From Nemertoderma westbladi (taxonomy: Eukaryota; Animalia; Xenacoelomorpha): a stretch of DNA of 64,000 bases. Position 1 is the stretch's first letter. Each line of letters begins with the position of its first letter. The position numbers and the translations under genes are program-made. The stretch lies in the NCBI GenBank assembly GCA_032718475.1, contig JAUCBJ010006322.1, forward strand, positions 1 through 64,000, in the 5' to 3' direction. Positions 52,217-64,000 of the stretch are shown one piece after another. The notes under the pieces were generated by a model. That model saw only the letters and a program-made list of their open reading frames with translations, searched no databases and was not told the DNA's origin.

Positions 52217-52619
52217 CTGTGGTAAAATGAAAGAATAGCACTGTTACAACTTATTAATTTCAATAATTATAATTATTCATAAATTGAATTAATTAAAGTC
52301 TAAAAACAAACAATTTATTGTTTGAAAACTGGTATTCGTGGTTCCTGGATACAGTATTTACATATACGGGAAACCCATCCTAAAATATAATATGTCAATT
52401 CGAGCTTTTAACTATATCCTTTAGTATATTATTATACTATATACACCACAATGGTCTTGTATTGGATCAAAAATCCTTTTGAGAAATCAATCATCCTAGT
52501 CGTAGATATCGCTTTTAAATCACCTACACAATCTACTCAGATACTTGGCTCTTCTAGAAGGATTAACTCTTTACCACTCACTATACTGTAAAAAGAACTA
52601 AGAAACTAAGAAATTCTCT

Positions 52620-55310
52620 GAATTTGAAAGAACCAAGAACTTTTGAACCTTAAACCTTCAACTGCAAGTGGTATCTAAGAAATATAAAGTATATTAGAAC
52701 AATCTGTATTACACACAAAACGGATATTCTCTGTCTTCAGGAGCATTGGTTAGGCACAAGGGAAGTGGAGTACTATCTAGATCAGCCTAGTATACATGAC
52801 CACTATACAGTATACATGTATAACATTTACAGTTCCTGATGAGATGAAGTAGCTAAAACGACGGGTGCGTGGAGAAGGTGGAACTGCAATCTTCGTAAAA
52901 AATCACTTATCACCATTCTCCAAACAACTTCAATGTCAGACTGATAGGCTGTGTTGTATTTTCCTCAAAGGATTTCATAACATAAATCTAGCTATTTTCA
53001 ACACATACAGCCAGCTGATTGTGGCAATCCAGATGACAAGGTCAAATTTAAATCAGAGGCAAATATCATTGCATCTGCGTTCGAAGAATGTTTATATAAC
53101 CCCACTTCTTGCAGGTGACCTAAATCATATTTTTCTTGGAGATAGGGGCATTCATCCCAGAATGCCACCAGGAAGTATGTCAAACAAAAGACTTCAACGC
53201 TCCAATATTTTCCGTGAAACGCTCTCTGAACCTTTTAACCTGATAGCTGCTGATATGACAGAGATAGGTCATGGCGACTTTCACTCTTTCTGTGTAGGCT
53301 TGAACAAAAACTACATAGATATACAAGCTACATAGCTACATAGATCTTAATGCCCCTGCACGTGATACCAGCTCTCTCAGAAACCAATGTTGAAGAGCGT
53401 GTTCAAGAAAATTTGTCTGATCATCAACCAGTGCATTCCGTTCTGTTGCTAGGAGAATATAGAGAGGATAATGAAAGGTATCCAAAATCAAAGATGAAAA
53501 ACATTAAATATCACTTCAAAAGTGCCACCAGTGATCAGCTGACCTCATATAAATGTGAGATTGAAACCGTTTTAAGAAATACTACTGCTAATTGTGCTGA
53601 TACCAAAGCGAAATTGATCATTAGAACAATACATGAAGCAGCAGTGAATAATATCCCATACTCTTTTATAAAGCACAACTCAAAAAATAAAACTACGAGC
53701 AATGCAGACTCTTACATGGAATACTTACGAATGCTGATAAGCACAAATAAGCATAATCCAAAGGCATTTTGGAGGAAAATTCGACCTAGAAAGAGGCAGT
53801 TGTATTCTGACAAAGATATGAAAGATATTCATCCAAATATATTACAACACTTCACCAAAGAGAGTAGGAATGATCACCCATCAATGGATAGGAGATCCAA
53901 TAAGGAGCAACCTGAGAGGGGACGATGCACAGATAGAGCCATCTGATATCAAGGACCTTATTGTGAAATTAAACATAGGAAAACCAGAAGATATTTTTAA
54001 CCAGAATGCAGAATGCTTTCGGTATGCGATCTCACCTACCCTAAGTTTGACAATTGCTGATTTATTTAACAATATAATAAAATATTAATCTTGTCCACAA
54101 ATATTGTCTGTTAGCGTAATTACTCCAATACAAAAACCACAGAAAGTTCCAACCTTATACGTGAAGAAACATCATATAGGAACATCACCATTACACTAAC
54201 TCTGGTAAAACTCTGGGAATTCTCACTTCTCAAGGAACTGTCTACTCTGTCTACCAGTGATTTACAACTTGGTTACAAAGCAAATATTGGAGCTGCTGAC
54301 ATTGCACACTTGGCTGTCTCTGGTTTAATTAACAAATTCATCCACAAAAACTCGCATGTATAACTATTAAGTCTGGACTTATCATCTGCCTTCGATAAAG
54401 TGAACCACAAATTTATATTTCAGAAAATGCGACAAACATCAGTTCCACCAGAAATAGTCAATGCACTTGAATCTAATTACAAGCAATCAGTTGGTTACAT
54501 TTCGTGTGGTGGCTATTTGATCGGCAGTGGTATAGTCATAGAACAAGGAGTACAACAAGGGGGCATACTCTCTCCTCTCCTTTTTAACTTTTATATGAAG
54601 GAGCTATTTGACCAGTTACGAGACAGTGGGTTGGGTTTACATATCAACAATAGCTCTTTTTGCGTAATTAACTACGCTAACGACATTATACTTCTAAGTA
54701 ACATAAAACGAGATCTAGTGAAGCTAATGCGGATTGCTAATCTCTTCCTCGAGGATCACCACATGAAGCTGAACTTAAAAAAGAGCCATTTCCTCTCCAT
54801 AAATAAAAATGGTCTAACTAAAACCAGTGATACCATCCAAACAATTGAGGGTATAACTTTATATGGTAAAGATTCTTGCAGATTCATGGACATCCCAATT
54901 CTGCAACTACCGCTAGTTTTATAGAAACAAAAGTCTGGCAAAATCTAGGAATGCTAAAGCAGAGGGGCTTTACGATCAATAGTTAACGACTTCTGCTATA
55001 TCAGGAGTCTGCACAAAGAGTTCTGCAGGAGTCAATCACCGACATAATTGTAGAGCTTGGTCTGCCATCAACCAGCTGTTGAAGAACTGGAAAAGGCAGC
55101 TGAGTAGCTTTTTAAAGGTGCGAGTTTTCCATGCACTAGTTGTGTTACGCTGGGCTCTTTATTGTTGATGACACCAGACCCTTTGATGCTACATATAACG
55201 GAATCTTACACATGGTACACAATGCTATTGTGCGACTGCTATTATAATGTTACCCTGCTACATTGCAACTGTACATTGAGATGCTATGTTGGCTTAATTA
55301 AAAAAAAAAA
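52620..55310 (+). mobile_element. Decayed LINE with APE endonuclease and reverse transcriptase
   Basis: APE motifs ILCLQEHWL, GGTAIFV, AGDLN, SDHQPV; RT motifs LDLSSAFDKVNH, GVQQGGILSPLLFN, YAND (for YADD). Multiple stops and frameshifts; 3' poly(A) at ~55300-55310. Confidence 0.85.
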
Positions 55311-55805
55311 ATTTTGCCACCACCATGCAATCCACAATTGGCAGGCTCCAAATGCGGCCTGCATTAAGAATGCTATGCCGTCTTATCATCAAAATTGCAC
55401 TGCAAATTGCATCCCAAGAAATTCATGGGCTGTCCACCATGCCTATTTTTACATAAGGCTGCCAAAGCACAAGATTGTGCTCACGCTGGTCCGCACGGCG
55501 AAAGCTATGCCCTGCAAAGTGGAGGGGCGGCTTTGTACAAATGTTAAGCTTGGGGGACCATTGAGACACCTCCAATGTTATATAGTATCTGGTTGAAGAT
55601 GTGTGCAATGTACTTGACACAGTGAACCGAACCCGACATTGTATTCTTGTGAATGTGCCATCTAGAGATTTGGTATCCTCTGCAGTTAGCGCCCAGCATG
55701 GACTCCCATAAAGGAGTACTGGTTCTAATGCTGCTAAATAATCAGACCGTAAGTTTCCGATGTATTCTAAGCTTTGGGTAATGCAATTCTCATGGCAACT
55801 CATTG
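55311..55805 (-). mobile_element. RTE-like 3' fragment (same family as 50150-50910 and 63030-63520)
   Basis: EPVLLYGSPCWALT...LDGTFTR and LHFAGHSFR; its 3' end is the reverse complement of 63455-63518. Confidence 0.75.
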
Positions 55806-56450
55806 CAAAAGTAAGTTCTACCTACAATTCTTCTGTTTAATGCACCTTGTTTTAACATAACAATTATGAATTATTATTGAATATTGAAATAAGTTGATGA
55901 AATTATTAATAAACTATTTTCTATTTATCTAATTAACACATAGGAATAACACATAGGGATAAACATATCGATAAAAATAATTAGTAAAAAACGAAATATT
56001 CTTCCTGTGGAGATAAAAAAGGGTGATTTACGATAAAGATTTGCTTTTGTTCGTTAACAATATTTCATTACGTTTTGACCAATGCACTTATTTTACTGAT
56101 TTTTCTTTGATCTCATAATATTATTTCTACAATTTGTTCAGGCACATGTAATGATGTCAACCCGATTGATCTGCTCATGCATGCACGTTAAGTATATTAT
56201 AAACCATCAGTAAGTTCACCAATACCACAAATGGAGCCTATTGCCATTCATGTTAGTAGTGCTTTGCATTATTACAAGCAGTCAATCATATAATATATTA
56301 CATGCACATGATTGATTTCCATCCACAAAGCTATTCAGTTATGGAGCAGGGAAGTTAGTTGCTGTTGAAAAAGTTGAATTCCAAGTTAGTAATTTAATTT
56401 GCTTTATTTTTATTATTATTCAAATTGTCAGATAGGCAATCAGTGGCGGG

Positions 56451-56633
56451 TGTTAAAATTTGATTCGACGTAATACAATAATATATTCATATTGAATAGA
56501 AACACTAAATATAATAAACCGCCCGAACAGTGAACACTTAATTGCTATAGGCCTACTACTGTACTACTCTACTGTCAACCTACAGACATACTGCCGGTAC
56601 TCATAAAGTAACACTTTTAACAGCTATCTAACA
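56451..56633 (-). repeat. 3' LTR of the Copia element
   Basis: TGTTA...TAACA termini; PPT (AAGAAAGAGGG on minus strand) at 56641-56651. Confidence 0.9.
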
Positions 56634-56884
56634 GAACTAACCCTCTTTCTTATAAGAAACTTAGACTGAGAACTATATGACTAAATAATCAGAAGCGAAC
56701 AAAATATATAGAAAGTATTTAATTCACCTTCTTTTCCTAAAAAAAAATTCCTACACCAATTAATATATAATTATTAATAATATAGAAATGAGAACAATTT
56801 TTACGTTATATTCCCATATCAATAACTCCTGAAGTTATAGTATTTAGAATCTTAATTGGACATACGCCCCGCTTCATCAGGACG

Positions 56885-59800
56885 TCAGCTATCTGGTGTT
56901 TGGTTTTTAGTATTTAGAATCTTAATTGGACATACGCCCCGCTTCGTCAGGACGTCAGCTATCTGGTGTTTGGTTTTTATCAGTTCAATCTTACCCAGTT
57001 CCCGATTCTGAAGCAGTTCTTTAACCGATGCTATATCGATGCGAAGACGTTTCTCGCTCACAGGAATTGTGGAATGTTTTGCGGTATGAAGTTTTTTTGC
57101 AATCAATATAAGCTGTAACTGGTATCTTGTGTTTTACAATGTCGGATAATGTAGCGGCAGCATAACTAGCTTCTTCCAGAGCATCAACTAGCGCCAACCC
57201 CTCTGCAGCCAATGTACTTTTAACAACACGACGAATCTTCTTGCTTCCCCAAGTAATAGGAGAACAACGATTATTAGATCCACAGAAAAAAATGATGTAA
57301 CCTTCTGCACTAGATGTATCATCAGGCAAGTTAGCATGGGATGCATCACTGTATACTTTCAATTGCCAATCAGATGTTATTCCTAGATTCGGAAATGCAA
57401 TGGAAACTTGCTGAGATATAAGTCTTGATATCATTTTATTGCTCTTCTTCAAATGTGTCACATCAGCTTTATTGGTTGACATACTCATTTCCAATACATC
57501 AAAACTTAGATCAGGCCTAATCTGATTAGCGGCCCAATTTACTTGACCAATCACTGACTTTAAAGCGGTGACTTCTCTTTTACTAAGCTCATGAGGCTTT
57601 CCAATAGGTCGAATAGGCATTGTTTGTAAACCATCAATATATGACCATTGGTTGACCAATGGTGCAATGGTCATATATTGATTTGTAAACCATCAATATA
57701 TGACCATTGGTTGACCAATGGTGCAATGGTCATATATTGATTTGTAAACCATCAATATATGACCATTGGAAGAGAGAAATGTCTTTGTCTTGTTCAATAA
57801 ACAAGCCAACATATTTCATTTTACCATCATCCGATCTACCAACTTTGAAAGTCTCTTTAATCGGCGAAACAACGTATTTCTCAAAATATTTTGTTCCGGA
57901 ATAAAGGAAATCATCAACATGTAGCATGAACAAACCCTGAAGCTTATTATTGAAGTACCATATAAACATTGCACTATCATATTTACACATCACACATCCT
58001 AAACGTTCCAGTTCATGTTTGACTGAAAAGTACCAATTTCTGGCCGCATCATTCAGCCCATAAACGGTCTTACATAACTTCCACACAACTAAATCATTGT
58101 TTAATGCTTCATCTGGAGGTTTTAGAAAAACATCAGGAGCAATTTTTTCACCCTGTAGAATGCTGACTTAATATCAATGGCTTTAACATTCCAAGAAAAG
58201 GAGGAAGATAATGACAAAAATATTCTCAGTTTTGATTTAGCAGCTGTTGGTGAATCTGTCTGAAGCAAATTGGTCTCTTCAAACCCCCGTGCCACTAAAC
58301 GAGCCTTGATAACTTTACTTCCATCTGACAATGGCTTTTCAGTAACGACCCTAGTCGTAGATATGGTATTTTGATCTCCAGCTGGTACCTCCTGAAAAAC
58401 TTCAAACTCCTTCCAATTATCTAATTCTTTCTGTTTTGCTTTCAAAACTGCTTCCTCGTTGTATCGGCACCTGGGTACTAAAACCACATTTATTTCATTT
58501 ACCTCAGAATTAGAACCATCTGAATGAGGTTCATTCGTCAAATCTCCGGTATCATGAACAATAATTTCGTGTTGGTCAGGTTCAATAATATCCCACGATT
58601 TAATAGAGTCTAAATTCATTGAAACAGGTTGGTCTGGAGCATTATTTGGATTCACATTGATACATGATCTATACTTTCCGGTCTTTTTACCAGCTCGTCC
58701 AATGACTGTGGCAGACTCTATTGGTGCAAATTCACTAACCTGGTAACGGATTATTTGCCCAGATTTTGGAAAACTAATGGTTTTTGTGTTAGGTTTAATT
58801 GTATTAAGTGGTGTCCTGGTCCATTCTTATTTTCTTCTTGGTTTATTTCAGTTCCATGTTCCTCATCACTACCTTCTTCATCTTGGAGAACCACCGCATC
58901 TGAAAGAGGTTTGTTCGTTTGTGGATCACTTTTGTTGAATTCAGTACTAACTTTCATAATTCTGTTAAGAGAAACCATGACGTAAGTACTACCATGTCTA
59001 ACAAAGACAACTTTACCATCCTGTCCAATCACTTTTCCAGGCCCATGCCACCGATTACTATCATGTCTTTTGAAGTAAACTTTGTCACCATGTTCGAAAC
59101 TTTCTGAAGATGTTGTGATCTTATGTTGGAGCGCCATTCGAACTCTTGAGGATGCTTCAGATCTCATGAATGCAATCCTAGCCTGATGAAGAGTTTGAAG
59201 ATGCTATGCGAAAATGTCACATATAGTTATTCCTTCCAAAGCTGGAGGGTTGTTAATAAGTGTTAAAGGAAGAGTAGGATTTTTTCCAAAAACAAGTTGG
59301 TATGATGAGAATCCAGAGACATTCTGTAAAGCATTCTTAGCATTGAGAGCCCAGACTACAGCCATGCTAATAGATAATTTTTGGTCGTCTTCGATCATTT
59401 TGGTAACCATTGTATCAATAACAGCATGGTTTCGTTCACATAATCCATTCTGCCATGGACAACTTCAATGTTGAGATTTTCACACCACCCCAAAACCGAA
59501 ACCAGAACCTATCCATAAACTAATCACCTTGTCAATAATTGTCTCAGGTCTTTTATCAGTGATCACACAAGATAAACAAAATCTTGTAAACATATCAATT
59601 AAATGAAGGAAGTAGATTCCAGGTTGGAATTGCTTCAAATCCATGGCCATGGCCTCATTAAATTCTCTTGCCATAGGCAAACATACAAGTGGGCGAGCAG
59701 AATTTTTCTTAAAACGTTGACAAACTTCACATCGATTCTCAATTTCCTGTAGAACTTGTTTCATCTCGTCATGTAGTCGTCTCGTAATGTCCTCTCGTAA

Positions 59801-61218
59801 TGTCAAGGGGTATTTCCCGCCCAAAAATGATTGCTGTATCATAGTCAAGATCAAGCTGAATTTGCGCCCTCTTCATGGCAGTCTTACTCAAAAGTAAAGG
59901 AATGTCACTGTCTGCAACATCACTATGAATAACCGCTTTCTTACCTGCAAGTTCACAAGGGAACCATTCTTCATATAATGAAATCTTATTTTCTCCACAC
60001 CCAACACGAAAAAGTCTACTACCATTACCTTCCTCATCGATTTTTCTTCTGGAGTCAGCGTCGACAAATAACAAATAACGACAAATAACTTTCCTGCCAC
60101 AGTAGAACTGCAAGCACTATCCAACACTACCGCATTCCTAGCCTCAGAAGTCAGCAAACCCATGTCCTTTGTATTTGACCCAGTGAATAAAACCAAATTG
60201 ACTTCTTCACGTTCATTGTTACCACATACCTCAAAAACCCTTTCCATATTCTCATAGCTATCTGGACAGGTTTTTACAAAATGACGAATGGAATCACAGG
60301 AACTGCACCTCAGGATGTTCCCTTCTGTATCAGTGGGATTTAATTTCTACGTTCTTTTAGTTGCCTTAACCTTGAGGAATCATTGGTTTGTTTGTCGGAT
60401 GTGGATGGAACCATACGTATAAAAGCTGGTTTCCCCTGGTTCCTATCGCCCATGCTGTAGTTCGAGTGGTTTCCCTGATTGAATGAACTATAAGGCTGCC
60501 GATATGATTGACGAAAATTATTTGATGAATAATATTTTCGATTACGTGCTTGTGCTATATTGACATGTTCAATGTCACCTTCGCCTGATAACAGCACACC
60601 ATCCTCTAGGAGATCAGAAGATCTAACTAGAACATAGCTATCAGCGATATTTGCCTCTTCAAGTTTCACTATGGGATCGGTTTGCTCTGAAACAGGCTTG
60701 GATTGCGAACCAAAAAACTTCTTAAGAGAACTTTTAGTTTGAGCAAATAAGGAGCCCTTTTTAGTATAATCAACTGCAGTAAGAACAAGAAGCCTCTCTT
60801 TGTGCGTTAGTTTAGCAGCATCAAGCAGCTTAAAAGCCATGACAGGTTGCGGAAGTTCCATTCCGCATTGTTTTGTTTTATTGTATAGTTTCTCGAACTC
60901 AATAATAAAATTCGAAATCTGTATATTTTTCATAGACGAATGTTAACACGTCTTTTTTGAACAGATTGTCGAATAATGAATTAATGTACTTACCCCATCC
61001 AGTGTTTTTAATGAATCGAGAGTGAGTTCAGTAAATACCTTGTCTCGAACCCCCGTAGCGTCGTCCTCGGGTAAAGCCAACGCAATAGCTAAACCTTGTT
61101 GTTACGGGGAAAGTTCAGTCACTTCGCTCCATGCTTTGAGTTCCTGTACATAACGCTCATACGGTTTTTTAACGCTGTCAAACGAAGGAGGATTTTTGTA
61201 TGATGATGATGCCGTCAT
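56885..61218 (-). pseudogene. Disrupted gag-pol of the Copia element
   Basis: Broken into about 10 ORFs by frameshifts and stops. Internal tandem duplications at ~56835-56975 and ~57620-57770; the integrase N-terminus appears deleted near 59770. Confidence 0.88.
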
Positions 61219-61524
61219 TGAATTAGCTTTAAGAAACTTGTCACCTGTGAACGCCTGTAAAGTAGTTGCCAAAACGCCGCCAATTAATAATCTTGTCACC
61301 TGTGAACGCTGAATGCCTGTAACTGTGTAAATTAGTCGCCAAAACGCTGCCAATTAATAATCTTGTCACCTGTGAACGCTGAATCCCTGTAACTGTGTAA
61401 TGTAGTCGCCAAACGCCACCGCTAACGCAACGCCTCGTGTTCTTCGTCGCAAGATATGCCAGTTACCGGTAGGCCACTTTCACTATATGTTCGCACTTAT
61501 TCGCTGCCACCAGCACCGGCTACC

Positions 61525-61536
61525 GCTCTGCTACCA
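61525..61536 (-). other. Primer-binding site complementary to the initiator tRNA-Met 3' end
   Basis: TGGTAGCAGAGC directly after the 5' LTR on the minus strand. Confidence 0.85.
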
Positions 61537-61711
61537 TGTTAAAATTGGATTCGACGCAATACAATAATATATTATTCATATTGAATAGAAACACTAAATA
61601 TAATAAACCGAACACTTAATTGCTATTGGCCTACTACTGTACTACTCTACTGTCAACCTACAGACGTACTGCCGGTACTCATAAAGTAACACTTTTAACA
61701 GCTATCTAACC
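61537..61711 (-). repeat. 5' LTR of the Copia element
   Basis: Matches 56451-56633 except ~5 substitutions (including the terminal base) and 3-bp and 11-bp indels. Confidence 0.9.
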
Positions 61712-63029
61712 TCGGATTTAGAAATTTTGAAAGGAGTACACCACACCCCACCTCCGCCTTCCCCACCCTAGTTAGAATATACCATACACATTATAAATTA
61801 TATTATAAATTAAATTAGTTAAATTGGTCGGTTGGTGAATGAATAATATGTTGATAAATTGCAGCCAAATGATTGGTAGATTATTAATCAGACAATAACT
61901 TCAATAAGTATATCCAAATTAAGTATGCATTGCATATGCAAGTGTAGCGCACGGAAATTTTTAGGATTAGGGTTATTCTGTTATTGATGAGAAGAGCTGA
62001 AAACTAGTGCAGTAGTGTTGCTGAATAAAGATATCGAGAGTAACAAAATCGATTTACAGTGTTTTCTAAGGGGTCTGTCATGACATGGTGACATACCCCC
62101 TAAATCCGCCACTGGGCAATTACATGTAATCTTTGCAACATCCAGCGCGCCAGTTAAAATAGACATTGCACATAAAGAAGACATTGTGAGGAATAAATAT
62201 GGTATTGGGATCGGTTTTCCCATCCAAAATGAAAAAATAGAGGCAAAGAGTAAACTTGTTATTTATCGCTCCAGTTATACATACTCCATTTCTTTAATAG
62301 AATCGAAAACAATAGACTTTCGATTTCACATTAACATAAACACATGTTTAGTTATGAATTGTGCTGCTAACCAGTACATAAACACTAAGCAGGTACTTTT
62401 GACACCAAAGCAGATTCTTTTCAGGGAATCTCATTAATCTAGATTGCTGCAAAGCTTTACAATAGAATTATATTAAATCGCATTAGGGATCGGATCCCAT
62501 GGAGAGACTGCTCCGTGGAAATCAGAATGGGTTTCATAAAGGTCGTGGGTCCATGTAGCCAATTTTGGCACTTAGAAGGATAATTGAAGAGTTATTTATT
62601 TGTTTAATGTCTCGTATATTTAATTATACAGTTATATTCACCAATCTTAAAAAATTTGTATATTGCAGAAGAATTACAAATTACTGTACCACCACCTAGT
62701 TAGGGTGCTGTATCCGTCAGTATATAAATAATTGTGGTTGACCATTCTACGCATGTCCTTAGATCACCATGATATTTTGTTGATAATTTATTTATTTCAA
62801 CGCAACAACACTAATACAATATAAGTATTATGGTTGGAGATACTGGTAAATTGTTAATTATACAGTATAGTCACCAATATTGACTTCACCATTAATAACG
62901 ACTATTTTACAGTATGATACGTGACATGTTCCACAGATTTAGTAAACCACACAAACAACTGGTTTACGGGGCAGCGACAACGTACTGTAATGGTGTTATG
63001 TTCTACAACATGGATTAACGAGCCATATA

Positions 63030-63520
63030 ATATGGGGTGATGGTAACTGCACGTACTTGCTCCAGAAGTCGAGGAAATCCATCCAAGTACCTAATTGCTC
63101 CAGAAGTCGAGGAAATCCTTCCAAGTACCTAACTGATTAGACTTTGCTAATGACTTAGGAGTACTCTCAGAATCACTAGAAGGAGCCCAACGGCTCCTCA
63201 TCTCATTAGAACAGGCTGCTACTAGTGTTGGTCCAAGCTTGACACTTGAACAAAGCAGCATTTGTTTTCGCCGTGAGGACCAGCCTGTTCACAATCTAGC
63301 GCTTCTTTGGCAGCCCCATGGAGAAAATAAGCATGGTGGACAGCCCATGCATGACTTTTTTGAGACGCCTCTTAAAGGACACTGGCCTTGAAGATGCGGA
63401 TAATCTCGTGAAAGTCATGGGGAGTTGTGGTGGTGCAAATTTGTTTCATAGCCGGCATAGCATTCTGAATGCACGCTGCAATGGGCTTGCCAATTGTGGA
63501 TTGCATGGTGGTTGCAAAAT
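63030..63520 (+). mobile_element. Internally deleted RTE-like fragment
   Basis: Shares ATGGGGTGATGGTAAC and TCAGAATCACTAGA.GGAGCCCAA.GGCTC with 50258-50420 and its 3' end with 55311-55520. Contains a 38-bp tandem duplication at ~63058-63133. Confidence 0.7.
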
Positions 63521-64000
63521 ATTTTTGTTAAGGCAACCGATTATAGATAGACAGAAGATAGGTAGGTAGGTAAGGTAAGTTCTCGTTTTTAAAAATTGTG
63601 TGCATACCAATCAATTGTTAAATAAACATCTCTCTTAGCTTTTATGTGTACGTTTTCAGCTTCAACAGCGCTGCCACTCTCCATTGATTCAAAATTTGCG
63701 CAGCCACTAAATTTTGCACAGCGTAACACATCGTCATATTTGCACAGGTGCGAACAATTTGAGCAGGTGTGGCAGCCCTAAACTTCAAAGAAGTGACGTT
63801 GGTTTAAGTTGACTGATAGCTGTGCTACTATATTTACAGTAGGAAATAAAGTAGCACAGTAAATAGACTTTTAGTAGAGTTAGAATATAATTTTTTACAC
63901 AAGCTTTATAATAATGTTTCTTAGGTGCCATTATATTATGAAGTATAATATATTTTTCCATACTATTGCCGCCTGATTAGGATCGTGGATTTCAGGATAT

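Larger units (their letters stand above)
56451..61711 (-). mobile_element. Ty1/Copia LTR retrotransposon, GalEa-like, LTR-to-LTR but decayed
   Basis: Two ~180-bp LTRs, PBS TGGTAGCAGAGC and a PPT. Domain order gag-PR-INT-RT-RH: Zn knuckle CSSCDSIRHFVKTC, LDSACSSTV, KARLVARGF, YGLNDAARNW, HVDD, RPDL, YSDAS, QIADVLTK. Confidence 0.93.
56441..62114. mobile_element. ~0.4-kb MITE (TIR CAGTGGCGGATTTAG) split by the Copia insertion
   Basis: Left TIR split as CAGTGGCGG(G)...(T)CGGATTTAG; right TIR CTAAATCCGCCACTG ends at 62114; 6-bp TSD GGCAAT at 56435-56440 and 62115-62120. Confidence 0.75.

Overview
Eukaryotic (animal-like) genomic window with GT-AG spliced genes. It contains the first coding exon of a tektin-1-like gene (minus strand), head-to-head with a 4-exon histamine N-methyltransferase-like gene (282 aa). 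It also has an 8-exon SLC16/MCT-family transporter (~529 aa) and two ankyrin-repeat exons. About 25 kb of the first 36 kb is unrelated tandem arrays (units of 29/47, 58-59, 25, ~53, 60 and 34/19 bp), and the huge ORFs in the track are artefacts of these arrays. Two arrays are built from copies of an exon end plus its 5' splice donor, so the introns carry tens of decoy donors. The unit of a third intronic array reads like a GT...AG mini-intron. The distal part is transposon-rich: hAT-type MITEs, tRNA-derived SINEs, RTE-like fragments, a decayed APE-RT LINE, and a GalEa-like Copia element nested in a MITE terminal repeat. A 1.85-kb inverted-plus-tandem element with a hammerhead-ribozyme-like core resembles Penelope/retrozyme elements. 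All calls come from reading the sequence by eye; no searches were run.
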